This document shows, one piece after another, positions 10,763 to 20,529 of a DNA stretch of 64,000 nucleotides. The position numbers and the translations under genes are program-made. The notes under the pieces are model-generated. The model was not told the origin of the DNA, did not search any database, and saw only the letters and a program-made list of their open reading frames with translations. This DNA is from an uncultured Actinomycetes bacterium (GTDB lineage Bacteria; Actinomycetota; Actinomycetes; Streptosporangiales; Streptosporangiaceae): contig CAWCKG010000018.1 of assembly GCA_963795785.1 (NCBI GenBank), positions 49,772 through 113,771 of the forward strand. The letters run 5' to 3'. Position 1 is the first letter of the stretch, and the number at the start of each line of letters is the position of its first letter.

Positions 10763-11946
10763 ATGCGCATACAGATTCCGCGGGCCCTGAGTGCCATCAC
10801 AGCGCTGGCCGCGGTCGCATTGGCGGCCCTGGCCGGCACCGCGGGCGCCGTGGCGCGCGTCGCGCCCCGGGCCGGTGCCGTGTCTGCCGGGGCAGCGGCG
10901 CAGGTGCCGGTCGGCTACGTCGCCAACAACGGATCCGGCACGGTGACCCCGGTCAACACGGCCACGGGCAAGGCCGGCAAGCCCATCAAGGTCGGCGGCG
11001 CGCCCGCGCTGGTCGCGGTCACCCCGGACGGTAAGACCGCCTACGTCACCAACCGGCCCGGCAACCTGGTCCCGATCGCCACCACCAGCAACACGGCGGG
11101 CCCGGCGATCACGGTCGGCCATATGCCCGAGGCCATCGCGATCACCCCGGACAGCGCGACCGCCTACGTCGCCAACTCGGGCTCGGGCACCGTGACGCCG
11201 ATCGACACCGCCACGAACACCGCGGGCCCGGCCATCGCCGTCGGTAAGGGGCCCGATGCCATCGCGATCACCCCGGACGGCGCCACCGCCTACGTCGCCA
11301 ACTTCGGCTCGGGCACCGTGACGCCGATCGACACCGCCACGAACACCGCGGGCCCGGCCATCGCCGTCGGTAAGGGACCCGACGACATCGCGATCACCCC
11401 GGACGGCGCCACCGCCTACGTCGCCGACGCCAACGCGGGCACGGTGACCCCGGTCAGCATTGCTGCCGGGAAGGCCGGCCCGGCCATCAAGGTCGGCGGT
11501 TTCCCCGACGACATCGCGATCACACCGAACGGGAAGAGCGCCTACGTCACCATCATTACGGCGAAGAACTCCGTCGTGCCGATCCAGACCGCCACGAACA
11601 CCGCCGGCAAGCCCATCAAGGGCCCGAAGTCCGCGAGCGTCATCGTGATCGCCGGGAACGGGAAGACCGCCTACGTCACGGCTCCGGCCTGCCGGGCCGG
11701 ATTTCGACTCGTTCCTGACGCCGATCAAGATCCCGGCTAACACCGCGGGCAAGGCGATCCAGTCGGAGTGCATACCGAGGTCTCCGACCTCGAACTCGTG
11801 CCCGGTGGGAAGACCGCCTACGTGGTGATCTTCGTCCTGCTGCCGGGCTTCGCCGGATCCGCGACCGCGCTCAACATGGCGACCGGCACCTTCGGCCCGT
11901 CGGCCGCCGTCGGCAGCCGCCGCTTCGGTATCGCGATCACCCCGTG
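10763..11946 (+). CDS. Secreted YVTN-family beta-propeller repeat protein (paralog; frameshifts near 11690 and 11770)
   Basis: Starts at ATG 10763 after GGGAGGA. The signal peptide is MRIQIPRALSAITALAAVALAALAG. Repeats have the form ITPDGATAYVANxGSGTVTPIDTATNTAGPAI. The repeat pattern continues in other frames to the TGA at 11944-11946. Confidence 0.75.
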
Positions 11947-11979
11947 AGCCGGGTCGCCGACATGGCAGCGTGTCCCGGG

Positions 11980-13173
11980 TCAGCGGGCCAGTTCGGGGAC
12001 GCCCTGGGTCCAGGCGCGCTGGCCCTGGTAGCCGCGGGCCACCATGGTGACGAACTGGTAGACCGCGTCCTCGTCGGGGGACAGGGGGCCGGGCACGGCG
12101 TGCGGGGAACTGAGCCCGCGCTGCACCGATTCGCACGCCTGCCAGTCCTGCCGGTTGGTGATGTCCCAGAACTCGATCGCATAGCCAGGGTCGAACCCGG
12201 GCTGGGCCAGCGACTCCGGGGCGAAGGCCCAGGTGCACTCGATCTTGGTCCGGTTGGGCGCCACCGGGATGATCTTGTGCATCATCACGTAGTCCGGATG
12301 CAGGCTGAGCAGCAGGTTCGGGAAGATGCCGACGTAGATGACCGTCCGCAGGCCCGTCGCGTCCAGGCCGCGCAACGGGGCCCCGGAACTGGTCCCGTCC
12401 AGGGACATGGTCGCCATGCCGTCGCGCAGGTCCATCCAGCCGCCGACCCAGATCCCCGGAGCCGAATAGTTCTCCCCGCTCTTGGGCGGGCTCACCTTGC
12501 ACAGCTGCGGGTGGATCGACGGGCAGTGGTAGCACTCGTGGTAGTTCTCGGTGAGGATCTTCCAGTTGGCTGCCGAGTCGTAGTCGTGCTGCCCGGCCAC
12601 CACCAGCCGCTCCATCTCGTACGGCGCGATGTGTTCCTCCAGGCTGCCCAGGCAGTCAGCGAGCGGGCCGGCCTTGCCCGACTCGTCCACGAACACCAGG
12701 CCGTGCCACTCGGTGACCGGCAGCTCGTGCAGCCCCCACTCGGCGGTCACGAATCCGGGGCGGTTCTTGAAGCCCGCCGCCGCCCGCAGGTCGCCGTTCA
12801 GCCCGTAGGTCCAGGCGTGGTACGGGCAGATGATCACCTTGTGCTGGGCGGACGCCCCGCACGGCAGCAGTTCGTGGCCGCGGTGACGGCAGGTGTTCGC
12901 GAACGCATGGAGCACGCCGTCCTCGGCGCGGGACAGCAGGACACCGCTCGTGCCCAGCGGCTCGGCGCGCATGTCACCCGGGCTGGCCACCTGATCGCTG
13001 CGGCCGACGTAGACCCAGCCGCCGCCAAACATGTGCTGCTTCTCCCAGTCGAACACCGCCTGATCGACGTACGCGGCCCTGGGCAGCATCCGGCTTTCGC
13101 CGAACGGCCGCAGGGACTGCGCCACGGCGGCAGGGTCAAGCGGGGCAGGGGGGCACACGGTTTGACTGATCAT
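11980..13173 (-). CDS. Rieske (2Fe-2S) aromatic-ring-hydroxylating oxygenase alpha subunit (GbcA / Stc2-like)
   Basis: Intact 397-aa ORF. The Rieske motif is CRHRGHELL...CPYHAWTY. The catalytic-domain motif is NWKILTENYHECYHCPSIHPQL. Confidence 0.9.
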   Translation of the reverse strand: MISQTVCPPAPLDPAAVAQSLRPFGESRMLPRAAYVDQAVFDWEKQHMFGGGWVYVGRSDQVASPGDMRAEPLGTSGVLLSRAEDGVLHAFANTCRHRGHELLPCGASAQHKVIICPYHAWTYGLNGDLRAAAGFKNRPGFVTAEWGLHELPVTEWHGLVFVDESGKAGPLADCLGSLEEHIAPYEMERLVVAGQHDYDSAANWKILTENYHECYHCPSIHPQLCKVSPPKSGENYSAPGIWVGGWMDLRDGMATMSLDGTSSGAPLRGLDATGLRTVIYVGIFPNLLLSLHPDYVMMHKIIPVAPNRTKIECTWAFAPESLAQPGFDPGYAIEFWDITNRQDWQACESVQRGLSSPHAVPGPLSPDEDAVYQFVTMVARGYQGQRAWTQGVPELAR

Positions 13174-13181
13174 ACAGTCAA
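13162..13181. promoter_or_regulatory. Palindromic operator candidate TTGACTG-ATCATA-CAGTCAA
   Basis: Perfect 7-bp arms with the same GACTG..CAGTC core as the sites at 311 and 8093. It overlaps the start codon of the Rieske gene (cat 13171-13173). Confidence 0.45.
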
Positions 13182-13326
13182 GCCTAAGCGGCGGGCGGCG
13201 GGCTGTCCAGGCGGGGCGGCCGCTGCAGCCGATGGCAGGCGCGGGAGGCCGCGGTGCACGCGGCGGCGCGGGGCTGCCACGGATCCCCAGCCACTGACGC
13301 TATTCTGACCGCTGCGTCACTATCGA

Positions 13327-13339
13327 TTGACGTCGTCAA
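13327..13339. promoter_or_regulatory. Perfect palindrome TTGACG-T-CGTCAA upstream of the S9 peptidase
   Basis: Seen directly, just 5' of the AAAAGGA RBS and GTG 13350. Could be a -35 element or an operator. Confidence 0.3.
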
Positions 13340-13349
13340 AAGGACCCCC

Positions 13350-15747
13350 GTGCCGTACACAACGCCCCCCGCTGATCTCATGCCGGTGATCGACGCGCCG
13401 CCGCCGCCCGCGGTCTCGATGGCCCCCGGTGGCAGCTACCTTGCCTCGTCCACTACACGGCCCATCCGGAAATCGCCATGCTGGCCCGCCCCTACCTGGC
13501 GCTGGCCGGGCTCCGGATCGACCCGCAACTGCGGGCCAGGCGACGGCTGCGCCGGGCGGGCAGGCTGTCGGTGCTGCGGATCGCCGACGGGCGGGAGGAG
13601 TTTCCCGGCCTGCCCGAGGGCGCGCAGGTCGGGTTCCCGGTGTGGGCGGCCGACGGACGGCGGTTCGCGTTCACGGTGGACGGCACCGACGGGGTCAGGC
13701 TGTGGGTCGCGGACGCGGCGACCGGCGAGGCCGCCGAGTTGCCCGGGCTGCCGGTATGCGACGTGCTCGGCGGGGATCCGGCCTCGGGCGGCGGGACCGT
13801 GCGCTGGTCCCGCGACGGGCGGTCGCTGCTCGTGCTGGCCCGCCCGCCCGGCAGCCCGGCGCTGCCGGAACCGGCCGCCGAGCCGCGGCAGGAGGAGACC
13901 GCCGGGAAGCGGTCGCAGCTCGCGACCTATCAGGACCTGCTGCGGACCCGCACCGACGAGGACCGCTTCGAGGCGCTGGCCACCTCGATCCCGTGCCGGG
14001 TGGACCCGGTCAGCGGGGAGCGCACCGAGCTTGGCCCGCCCGGGCTCTACTACACCCTGCAGGACTCCCCGGACGGGGCGCACCTGCTGGTGCAGCGGCT
14101 GCGGCGGCCGTTCTCGTTCCGTGTGCCGTGGGTCTGGTTCGCCCGCAGCACCGAGATCTGGGACGCCGGCGGCCGGCTGTCCGCCGTGATCGCGGAGCAG
14201 CCGGTCAGCGATGAGGTGCCCCGCCAGGGCGTGCCGCTCGGTCCCCGCCTCGTCGGCTGGGAGGAGCGCGCTCCGGCCAGCCTGGCCTGGGTGGAAGCGC
14301 TGGACGGCGGGGATCCGGTGGCCCCGGCCGAGTTCCGGGACCGGGTGTTCCGGCTCACCGCGCCCTTCGACGGCACGCCGCGGCAGGCGTTCGACGTTCA
14401 GCACCGCTGCCTCGGCTGGTACGACCTCGACACGCCGGGCCAGGTGCTGATGGTCGAGCACGACCGTGACCGCCGCTGGCTGACCACCTGGTGGTGTGAC
14501 CTGGACGCGGCGCGGGAGTCCCGGCGGGTGTTCGACAGGTCGGTGGACGACGCCTACGGCGACCCCGGCTCGCCGGTCCGGGTGACCAACCCCGACGGCT
14601 CGCCGACCGTGCTGGCCGAAGGGACCGCCATCTACCTGCGCGGCGACGGCGCCACCCCGGAGGGCGAGCGGCCGTTCCTCGACCTGTTCGACCTCGCCAC
14701 GGGCACGGCCACCCGGCTGCACGAGAGCCCGCCGGGCGCTTTTGAGCACGTGCTCGGCTTCACCGCGGCGGCAGGCACGAGGTGGTGCTCTGGCATGAGA
14801 GCCCGGCCGAGCCGCCGAACCTGGTCCTGGCCGCCCTCGGCGGCACCGGGGCCCAGCCGCTGACCCACTGGCCCGACCCGCACCCGCAGCTCACCCCGGT
14901 CACCAAGCGGCTGTTCACGCATGACCGGGGCGACGGGGTGACCCTGTCCGGGATGCTGTACCTGCCGCCGGGGCACGACCCCGCCGTGGACGGCAGGCTG
15001 CCGCTGGTGGTCTGGGCCTACCCCTACGACTTCGGCAGCGCGGACACCGCGGGCCAGATCAGGGCCGACAGCTTCGAGTTCACCCGGCTCACCGCGCTCG
15101 GCCCGGTGGTGTTCACCCTGGCCGGCTACGCGGTGCTGGCCGACGCCACCATGCCGGTGATCGGTGACCCGGAGACGATGAACGACACTTACCTGGAGCA
15201 GATCAGCGGCGCCGCCCGGGCGCACATCCGGGCGCTTGACGAGGCCGGGATCATCGACCCGGCCAGGGTCGCCGTGGGCGGGCACAGCTACGGAGGGTTC
15301 ATGACGGCGAACCTGCTGGCGCACACCACGGCGTTCGCGGCCGGAATCGCCCGCAGCGGCGCCTACAACCGCACCCTGACGCCGTTCGGGTTCCAGACCG
15401 AACGGCGCAGCTACTGGGAGGCCCCCGGCGGTCTACGACCAGGTCTCGCCGTTCCGGTTCGCGGACCGCATCACCGCGCCACTGCTGCTGATCCACGGTG
15501 AGCAGGACGGCAACTCGGGGACCTTCCCGATCCAGTCGGAACGCCTGTTCCAGGCGATCCGCGGCAACGGCGGCACCGCCCGGCTGGTGATGCTGCCCCA
15601 CGAGGGACACGGCTATCTCGCCAGGGAATCGGTCATGCACGTGCTCGCCGAGGAACTCGACTGGCTGCGGCGCTGGCTCGGCCCGGGCGGCCCGGCGGCG
15701 CCGGGCGAGCCGGGCGAGCCACGGGTGCCCCGAGCCCGCCGACGTGA
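13350..15747 (+). CDS. S9-family serine peptidase (prolyl oligopeptidase / dipeptidyl aminopeptidase-like), about 4 frameshifts
   Basis: Starts at GTG 13350: VPYTTPPADLMPVIDAPPPP. Segments lie in ORFs 13478..14863, 14782..15501 and 15587..15805. The catalytic Ser motif is VAVGGHSYGGFMT, followed by LLLIHGEQDGN and PHEGHGY. The likely stop is the TGA at 15745-15747, overlapping GTG 15744 of the next gene. Confidence 0.8.
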
Positions 15748-16337
15748 ACCCGGCCATCATCGGCACGGTATTCGCAGTCATCTTCATCGGAGAACTGCCC
15801 GATAAAACGATGCTCGCCTCGCTGGTGATGTCCACCCGCGGGCGGCCCTTCGCGGTCTGGCTCGGCTCCGCCGCGGCCTTCGCCGTGCACGTGGCGATCG
15901 CCACCACCCTCGGGACCGTCGTGTTCCACCTGCTCTCGCCGCGGACCGTGGATGCCGTGGTGGCGGTGATCTTCCTGGCCGGTGCCGGGCTCGCGCTCGC
16001 CGAGGCCATCAGGGAGCGCCGCCGCAGGGACGACCCGGACCCGCCGCCGGTGCCGCCGGCGCGCCCGCACCGGACCGTGATCACGGCCTTCGCGGTCATC
16101 TTCGTTGCCGAGTGGGGCGACCTGACCCAGTTGCTGACCGCCAACCTGGCCGCTCATTACCACGCGCCGCTGCAGGTCGCGATCGGCGCGACGCTGGCCC
16201 TGTGGACGGCCTCCGCGATCGCCGTCACCAGCGGCCGGTGGCTGGGCAGAGTCGTCGACGGGTTCGTCATCCGGCTCGCGACCGCGGTGCTGCTGGCCGG
16301 GCTCGCCGTGTACACGGCCTTGGCAGCCCTGTCCTGA
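15744..16337 (+). CDS. TMEM165/GDT1 (UPF0016) family membrane protein, putative Mn2+/Ca2+ transporter
   Basis: Carries two copies of the E-x-G-D-(K/R)-(T/S)-type motif (GELPDKT and AEWGDLTQ) within hydrophobic repeats. Confidence 0.9.
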   Translation: MNPAIIGTVFAVIFIGELPDKTMLASLVMSTRGRPFAVWLGSAAAFAVHVAIATTLGTVVFHLLSPRTVDAVVAVIFLAGAGLALAEAIRERRRRDDPDPPPVPPARPHRTVITAFAVIFVAEWGDLTQLLTANLAAHYHAPLQVAIGATLALWTASAIAVTSGRWLGRVVDGFVIRLATAVLLAGLAVYTALAALS

Positions 16338-16377
16338 GCAGCCGTCCTGAGCCGCGCCGCTCCTATGCTTGACCGGC

Positions 16378-16698
16378 ATGAGAGGCCGCCAGCCCAACCC
16401 GCGCGGGGAGTCGCTCACGCCCCGCCAGAAACGGGTGTTCGCCGTCGTGGCCGGGCTGCTGATCGTCCTCGCGGCAGGCGCCGGCGCCTGGGCGGCCACG
16501 AGCCAGGGCAGTTACGGGCGGTCCAGCCACGGGTGCGTCAACATCGTGGCGCCCAGCAGCACCGGCGGCGCGGTGCTGCACCAGTGCGGCAGCGCCGCGC
16601 GGGCCCTGTGCCGCAGCGCGTTCGCCCATCGCACCAAGCTGGACCTGCTGGCCCGGCCGCAGTGCCGCCTGGCTGGCCTTGGCCCCCGGGCACCATGA
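16378..16698 (+). CDS. Hypothetical membrane-anchored protein
   Basis: The ORF begins MRGRQPNPRGESLTPRQKRVFAVVAGLLIVLAAGAGAWAA (one TM segment), followed by a Cys-containing ectodomain. Confidence 0.4.
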   Translation: MRGRQPNPRGESLTPRQKRVFAVVAGLLIVLAAGAGAWAATSQGSYGRSSHGCVNIVAPSSTGGAVLHQCGSAARALCRSAFAHRTKLDLLARPQCRLAGLGPRAP

Positions 16699-17311
16699 TC
16701 AGGCTCGACGTGCGGCACGATGAGCCGGGCTAGCCGCACCCGCCGGCTTTCGTCCGGCCGGGAGCCAGCCCGGCGTTGCTCGTAGGGTTCGAGGACGCGT
16801 CGTAGCGCTCGCTGATATTTCCGCGAGTTCCGCGGCAGTCAGCCAGTAGTCGACGTTGGCCAGTTCCATGGGATCCCGCCACTCGGCAGGCTCGCTGGCC
16901 TGGTGCTCGAGGAACTCGGTGGCCAGGGCACGGTTGCGGTCGAGGAACACCTCCAGCATCGCGGTCTCGGCCAGCGCGGTGTGCTGTGACACGTCGGAGC
17001 TGACCTCGATGGCGCGGCCCCGGGCCTTCCAGGGGCGGTCCCTGCCGTCCGCGCGGGCCTGGCCGTGCCTCCAGGATGCCCCAGCGCGCCAGGGCCTTGA
17101 GGTGGTAGCTGGTCGCGCTCGGGGACAGGCCGGTGAGCGAGGCGCACTCGGTCGCGGTGAGTTCGTCGCCGGGCAGCAGCGCCTCGATGATGGCCAGCCG
17201 CGCCGGGTGCGCGAGCGCGCGGATGGCCCGCGGGTCCGTCAAGACGATCTTGCCGTCCTGGTCCGTTCGGCATGCCGGAATCCTATCGCTGGACACGAAG
17301 ATGTTAAGCAT
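16699..17311 (-). CDS. ArsR-family winged-helix regulator (frameshifted; 3' end uncertain)
   Basis: The N-terminus is DPRAIRALAHPARLAIIEALLPGDELTATECASLTGLSPSATSYHLKALARWGILE (ORF 16730..17311). It continues in ORF 16699..16992. Confidence 0.7.
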
Positions 17312-17334
17312 TTACTATTTAATATATGCTTAAC
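17303..17334. promoter_or_regulatory. Perfect 9-bp inverted repeat GTTAAGCAT-N14-ATGCTTAAC (ArsR/MFS operator candidate)
   Basis: The spacer is AT-rich (TTACTATTTAATAT). Each arm contains the ATG of one of the two divergent genes (cat 17309-17311 and atg 17326-17328). Confidence 0.6.
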
Positions 17335-18542
17335 GATTATCGGCCGCTGGCCCGTAACCGCGACTTCCTCGTCTCCCTCGCTGGCCGCTGCGCGTCCCGG
17401 TTCGGCGACGAGGTGGCGATCGTGGCGCTGACGCTGCGCGTGCAGGCGGCGGGCGGGCGTCCCTACCTGGTCGCCCTGCTGCTCGCGGCCGGCCTGGTGC
17501 CCTCGATCGCGGCAGCGGGCCTGGCCGGGCGGGTGGCCGACTCGGCCGACTCGCGGCGGGTGCTGGTCCTCGCCACGGCGGCGCAGGCCTGCTGCTGCGT
17601 GCCGCTGATCTTCACCCACCAGGTGGCGGCGATGATCGTCCTGGTCGCGCTGCTCGGCACCGGCGCGGCGTTCTCCCAGGCGACCTGGCAGGCGCTCATC
17701 CCCCGGGTGGCCGGGGAGGAGCACATCGGCGCGGCGACGGCGCTCCAGCAGGCCGCGTTCACGCTCAGCACGATCCTCGCCCCGGCCGTGGCCGGGATTC
17801 TGGCCGGCGCGTTCGGCACCGGGGTGCCGCTGGCCCTGGACGCGGTCACGTTCGGCGTGATGACCGTCGCCGCCCTGGCCGTGCGGACCCGGCGGGGCGG
17901 TGCCGCGGGCCGCGCGGCGCCGCCCGGCCGAGCGGGGCGGCGGCTGGGCGGCGCTGCGCCGCGACCCGCTGCTCTCCCCGCTGATCGTGGGCCTGGCCGC
18001 GTTCGTGCTGCTCGGCATGATGGTCAACGTGGTCGGCGTCTTCCTGGTCCGGCAGACCCTGCACGCCAGCGCCGCGTGGTACGGCGGGCTGGAGGCGATC
18101 ACGATGATCGGCCTGGCCGGCGGCGTGCTGGCCTGCGGGCGGATCAGCACCGACGCGGGGCGCGCCCGGGCGGTGGCCGGCGGCGCGGCCCTGATGTCGC
18201 TGGCCATGCTGGGATTCGGCACCGCGCCGGCGGTGCTCGTGCTCGTCCCGCTGGGCCTGCTCGCCGGGGCGGGCAACGGGATGGTGAACGTGTGCGTGGC
18301 CACGCTGGTGATGACGCGGACCGAGGAACGGATGCGGGGCCGGGTGGCGGCGGCGCTGGCCGCCGTCCTCAACGGCGGCCTCGGTGGCCTCGCTCGCGGC
18401 CGGCGGCGCCCTGGCGGCGGTGCTGGCTCCACGGCAGGTCTACCTGCTGGCCGGCGGGCTGGGCTGCCTGGTCACGGTCGTGCTGGCGGCGCGGTCCGGA
18501 ACGTGGCTGGGCTCGCCGCACCGATATTTCGTTCGCCGGTGA
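17326..18542 (+). CDS. MFS transporter (frameshifts near 17920 and 18385)
   Basis: Segments lie in ORFs 17326..18558 and 17900..19972, with a third frame ending at the TGA near 18540. Multiple TM helices are evident (e.g. LLLAAGLVPSIAAAGLAGRVAD). Confidence 0.8.
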
Positions 18543-18575
18543 ACAGTCCCGGGCCTAGTGTCGGGCCCGTGAGCC

Positions 18576-19562
18576 ATGCGAGCAACAGCCGGCCGGGCGC
18601 CGGGCGGCGGGCTGGACCGGCGGGCACTCGCCGCGGCGTCGGTCACGGTCCTGGCCTGGGCGTCGGCATTCGTGGCGATCAGGGACGCGGGCCGGTATTT
18701 CGACCCGGGCGCGCTGGCCCTGGGCCGGCTGCTGGCCGGCTCCCTGGTGCTCGGGGCTGTCTGGCTGGCCCGCGGCGGGGGCTGGCCGCCGCGCGCCGCC
18801 TGGCCCGGCATCGCCGGGACCGGGCTGCTCTGGTTCGGGGTCTACATGGTCGCGCTGAACTGGGGCGAGCGGCACGTGGACGCGGGCACGGCCGCGATGG
18901 TGGTCAACATCGGCCCGGTCGTCATCGCGGTGCTGGGCGGATGGCTGCTGCGGGAGGGCTTCCCGCGCCGCCTGCTGGCCGGGCTGGCCGTGTCGTTCGC
19001 CGGGGCCGTGGTGGTCGGGCTGTCGGAGTCCGGCGGCGGCAGCGCTTCGCTGCTCGGTGTGGGCATGTGCCTGCTCGCGGCCGTGTCCTACGCCTTCGCC
19101 GTGGTCGGCCAGAAGCCCGCACTGCGGCACGCGTCGGCGTTGCAGGTCACCACCTTCGGCTGTTTCATCGGGACCGTGGCCACCCTGCCGTTCGCCGGCC
19201 AGTTCGTCACCCAGGCCGCCGGCGCCCCGGTGACCGCGACGCTCATGGTGGTGTACCTGGGCGTGATCCCCACGGCGGTGGCGTTCACCACCTGGGCCTA
19301 CGCGCTGACCCGGACCACCGCGGGCAAGATGGGCGCGACCACCTACATCGTGCCCGCGATCGTCGTGCTGATGTCGTGGGCGCTCCTCGGCCAGACCCCG
19401 CGGCCGCTGGCTTACCTGGGCGGGGTGCTGTGCCTGGCCGGCGTCGCGGTCTCCCGTGGCCGCTCGGCGGACGGTGGCGCCGGCCGGGCCCGCGCCGCCG
19501 AGCCGGACGCCGCGGAGCCGCCGGCCGGAGATCCGGTTGCCGGGGAGCCGGTCACCGGATAG
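18576..19562 (+). CDS. EamA/DMT-family transporter
   Basis: Intact 328-aa ORF with a 10-TM-like pattern and two EamA-like halves (WASAFVAIR... / YAFAVVGQKPAL...). Confidence 0.9.
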   Translation: MRATAGRAPGGGLDRRALAAASVTVLAWASAFVAIRDAGRYFDPGALALGRLLAGSLVLGAVWLARGGGWPPRAAWPGIAGTGLLWFGVYMVALNWGERHVDAGTAAMVVNIGPVVIAVLGGWLLREGFPRRLLAGLAVSFAGAVVVGLSESGGGSASLLGVGMCLLAAVSYAFAVVGQKPALRHASALQVTTFGCFIGTVATLPFAGQFVTQAAGAPVTATLMVVYLGVIPTAVAFTTWAYALTRTTAGKMGATTYIVPAIVVLMSWALLGQTPRPLAYLGGVLCLAGVAVSRGRSADGGAGRARAAEPDAAEPPAGDPVAGEPVTG

Positions 19563-19978
19563 CCGCCAGCCTCCGAGGGCCCGTGGATTACGACTGTGCG
19601 AAGCATGGCTCGCCAGCGAGCGCCGAGTGCACCAGAATAGCTCGAGATCCAGCCTCGTTCGACAGCGGCCGGGACTGGCACAGGTCCGGCGCACCCAGGG
19701 ATGGGCAGCCATTGGCGTGGCCGCCATTTCACAAACCCCGCCATGCCCAGCTATGTGGCACTACGGGAAACGGCGAGGCGAGGTGGAAGCGCGTGATCAT
19801 GTGCGATATGGCTGTTATAACGGCTGACAAAACCGCCATGATAACGTTGAGTCTGGACACGTCCGCAGCCGACGGGGATCCGTGCATCCGATGCGGTTGC
19901 CTGGGCGCACGAGATCCTTGCGCGGTATGCGGGTACAGAGACACCTCCAACAATGCTCACGGTCTCCCCTGAGCACTC

Positions 19979-20350
19979 TTGGAGGTGGCGGGAATCGAAC
20001 CCGCGTCCTTCAGTACATCACCAGGACTTCTCCGGGCGCAGCCTGCTGTGGTTTTCTCGGCCCCGGCGGTCTCGCAGGCGCGCCGCCGCCGGGCTCAGTC
20101 GCTGTTAGGTGTCCCGCTCATCCCCGCGACCGGGTTGAGCGGTGGATCCTCCTTACTGATGCCAGACACCGGGCCGGAGGCGCTCCCGGGCTGACAACCT
20201 CTAACTCGCGGTTGTTAGGCCGCGAGGGCGAGGTGAGTGCGCTTAACATTGGCACTTGTAAGTTGCGGTCACAGGTTTTACGAGGTTATGTCCGCCGTCC
20301 TCGGCCCGCTTCTCCTGGATCAACTACCGAAGTCGAAGCCTGTCACCCCC
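19979..20350 (-). ncRNA. ssrA: tmRNA (transfer-messenger RNA)
   Basis: The 5' end GGGGGUGACAGGCUUCGAC pairs with the 3' end GGACGCGGGUUCGAUUCCCGCCACCUCCA (T-arm GGUUCGAUUCC, G3:U70 Ala identity pair). The tag ORF GCC AAU GUU AAG CGC ACU CAC CUC GCC CUC GCG GCC UAA encodes ANVKRTHLALAA (20215-20253). It sits in an operon neighbourhood with smpB. Confidence 0.93.
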
Positions 20351-20476
20351 ATGTTGAGTTGTCTGGTGAGCCCTGGAGCACAGGTCACACCGCACTGGGC
20401 CCCAGCCTTCACTAGTTGTTCACGCTACAGGCTCAACACGCGGCGGCCAACTTGGATTCCCCGGGGACACCCCGGG

Positions 20477-20529
20477 CAAAGAGAATGCCCCCGTGGGCGC
20501 TGGCGGTGGCCGAAACGCACCCACGGGGG
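20477..20529 (-). terminator. Hairpin (10-bp GC stem CCCCCGTGGG/CCCACGGGGG) followed by CATTCTCTTT on the minus strand
   Basis: Seen directly. Lies downstream of the PBP-like gene and upstream of ssrA. Confidence 0.35.

Noticed and set aside
13285-13300. GCCACTG, which resembles the core of a cobalamin riboswitch, upstream of the S9 peptidase.
   Set aside because: It is an isolated heptamer without the surrounding B12-box or stems, and the downstream gene has no link to cobalamin.
19563-19978. A prophage or genomic island integrated at the tmRNA 3' end.
   Set aside because: There is no integrase, no phage genes and no duplicated tmRNA 3' segment in the window. The next gene is an ordinary EamA transporter only about 415 bp away. 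At most this is a small scar.
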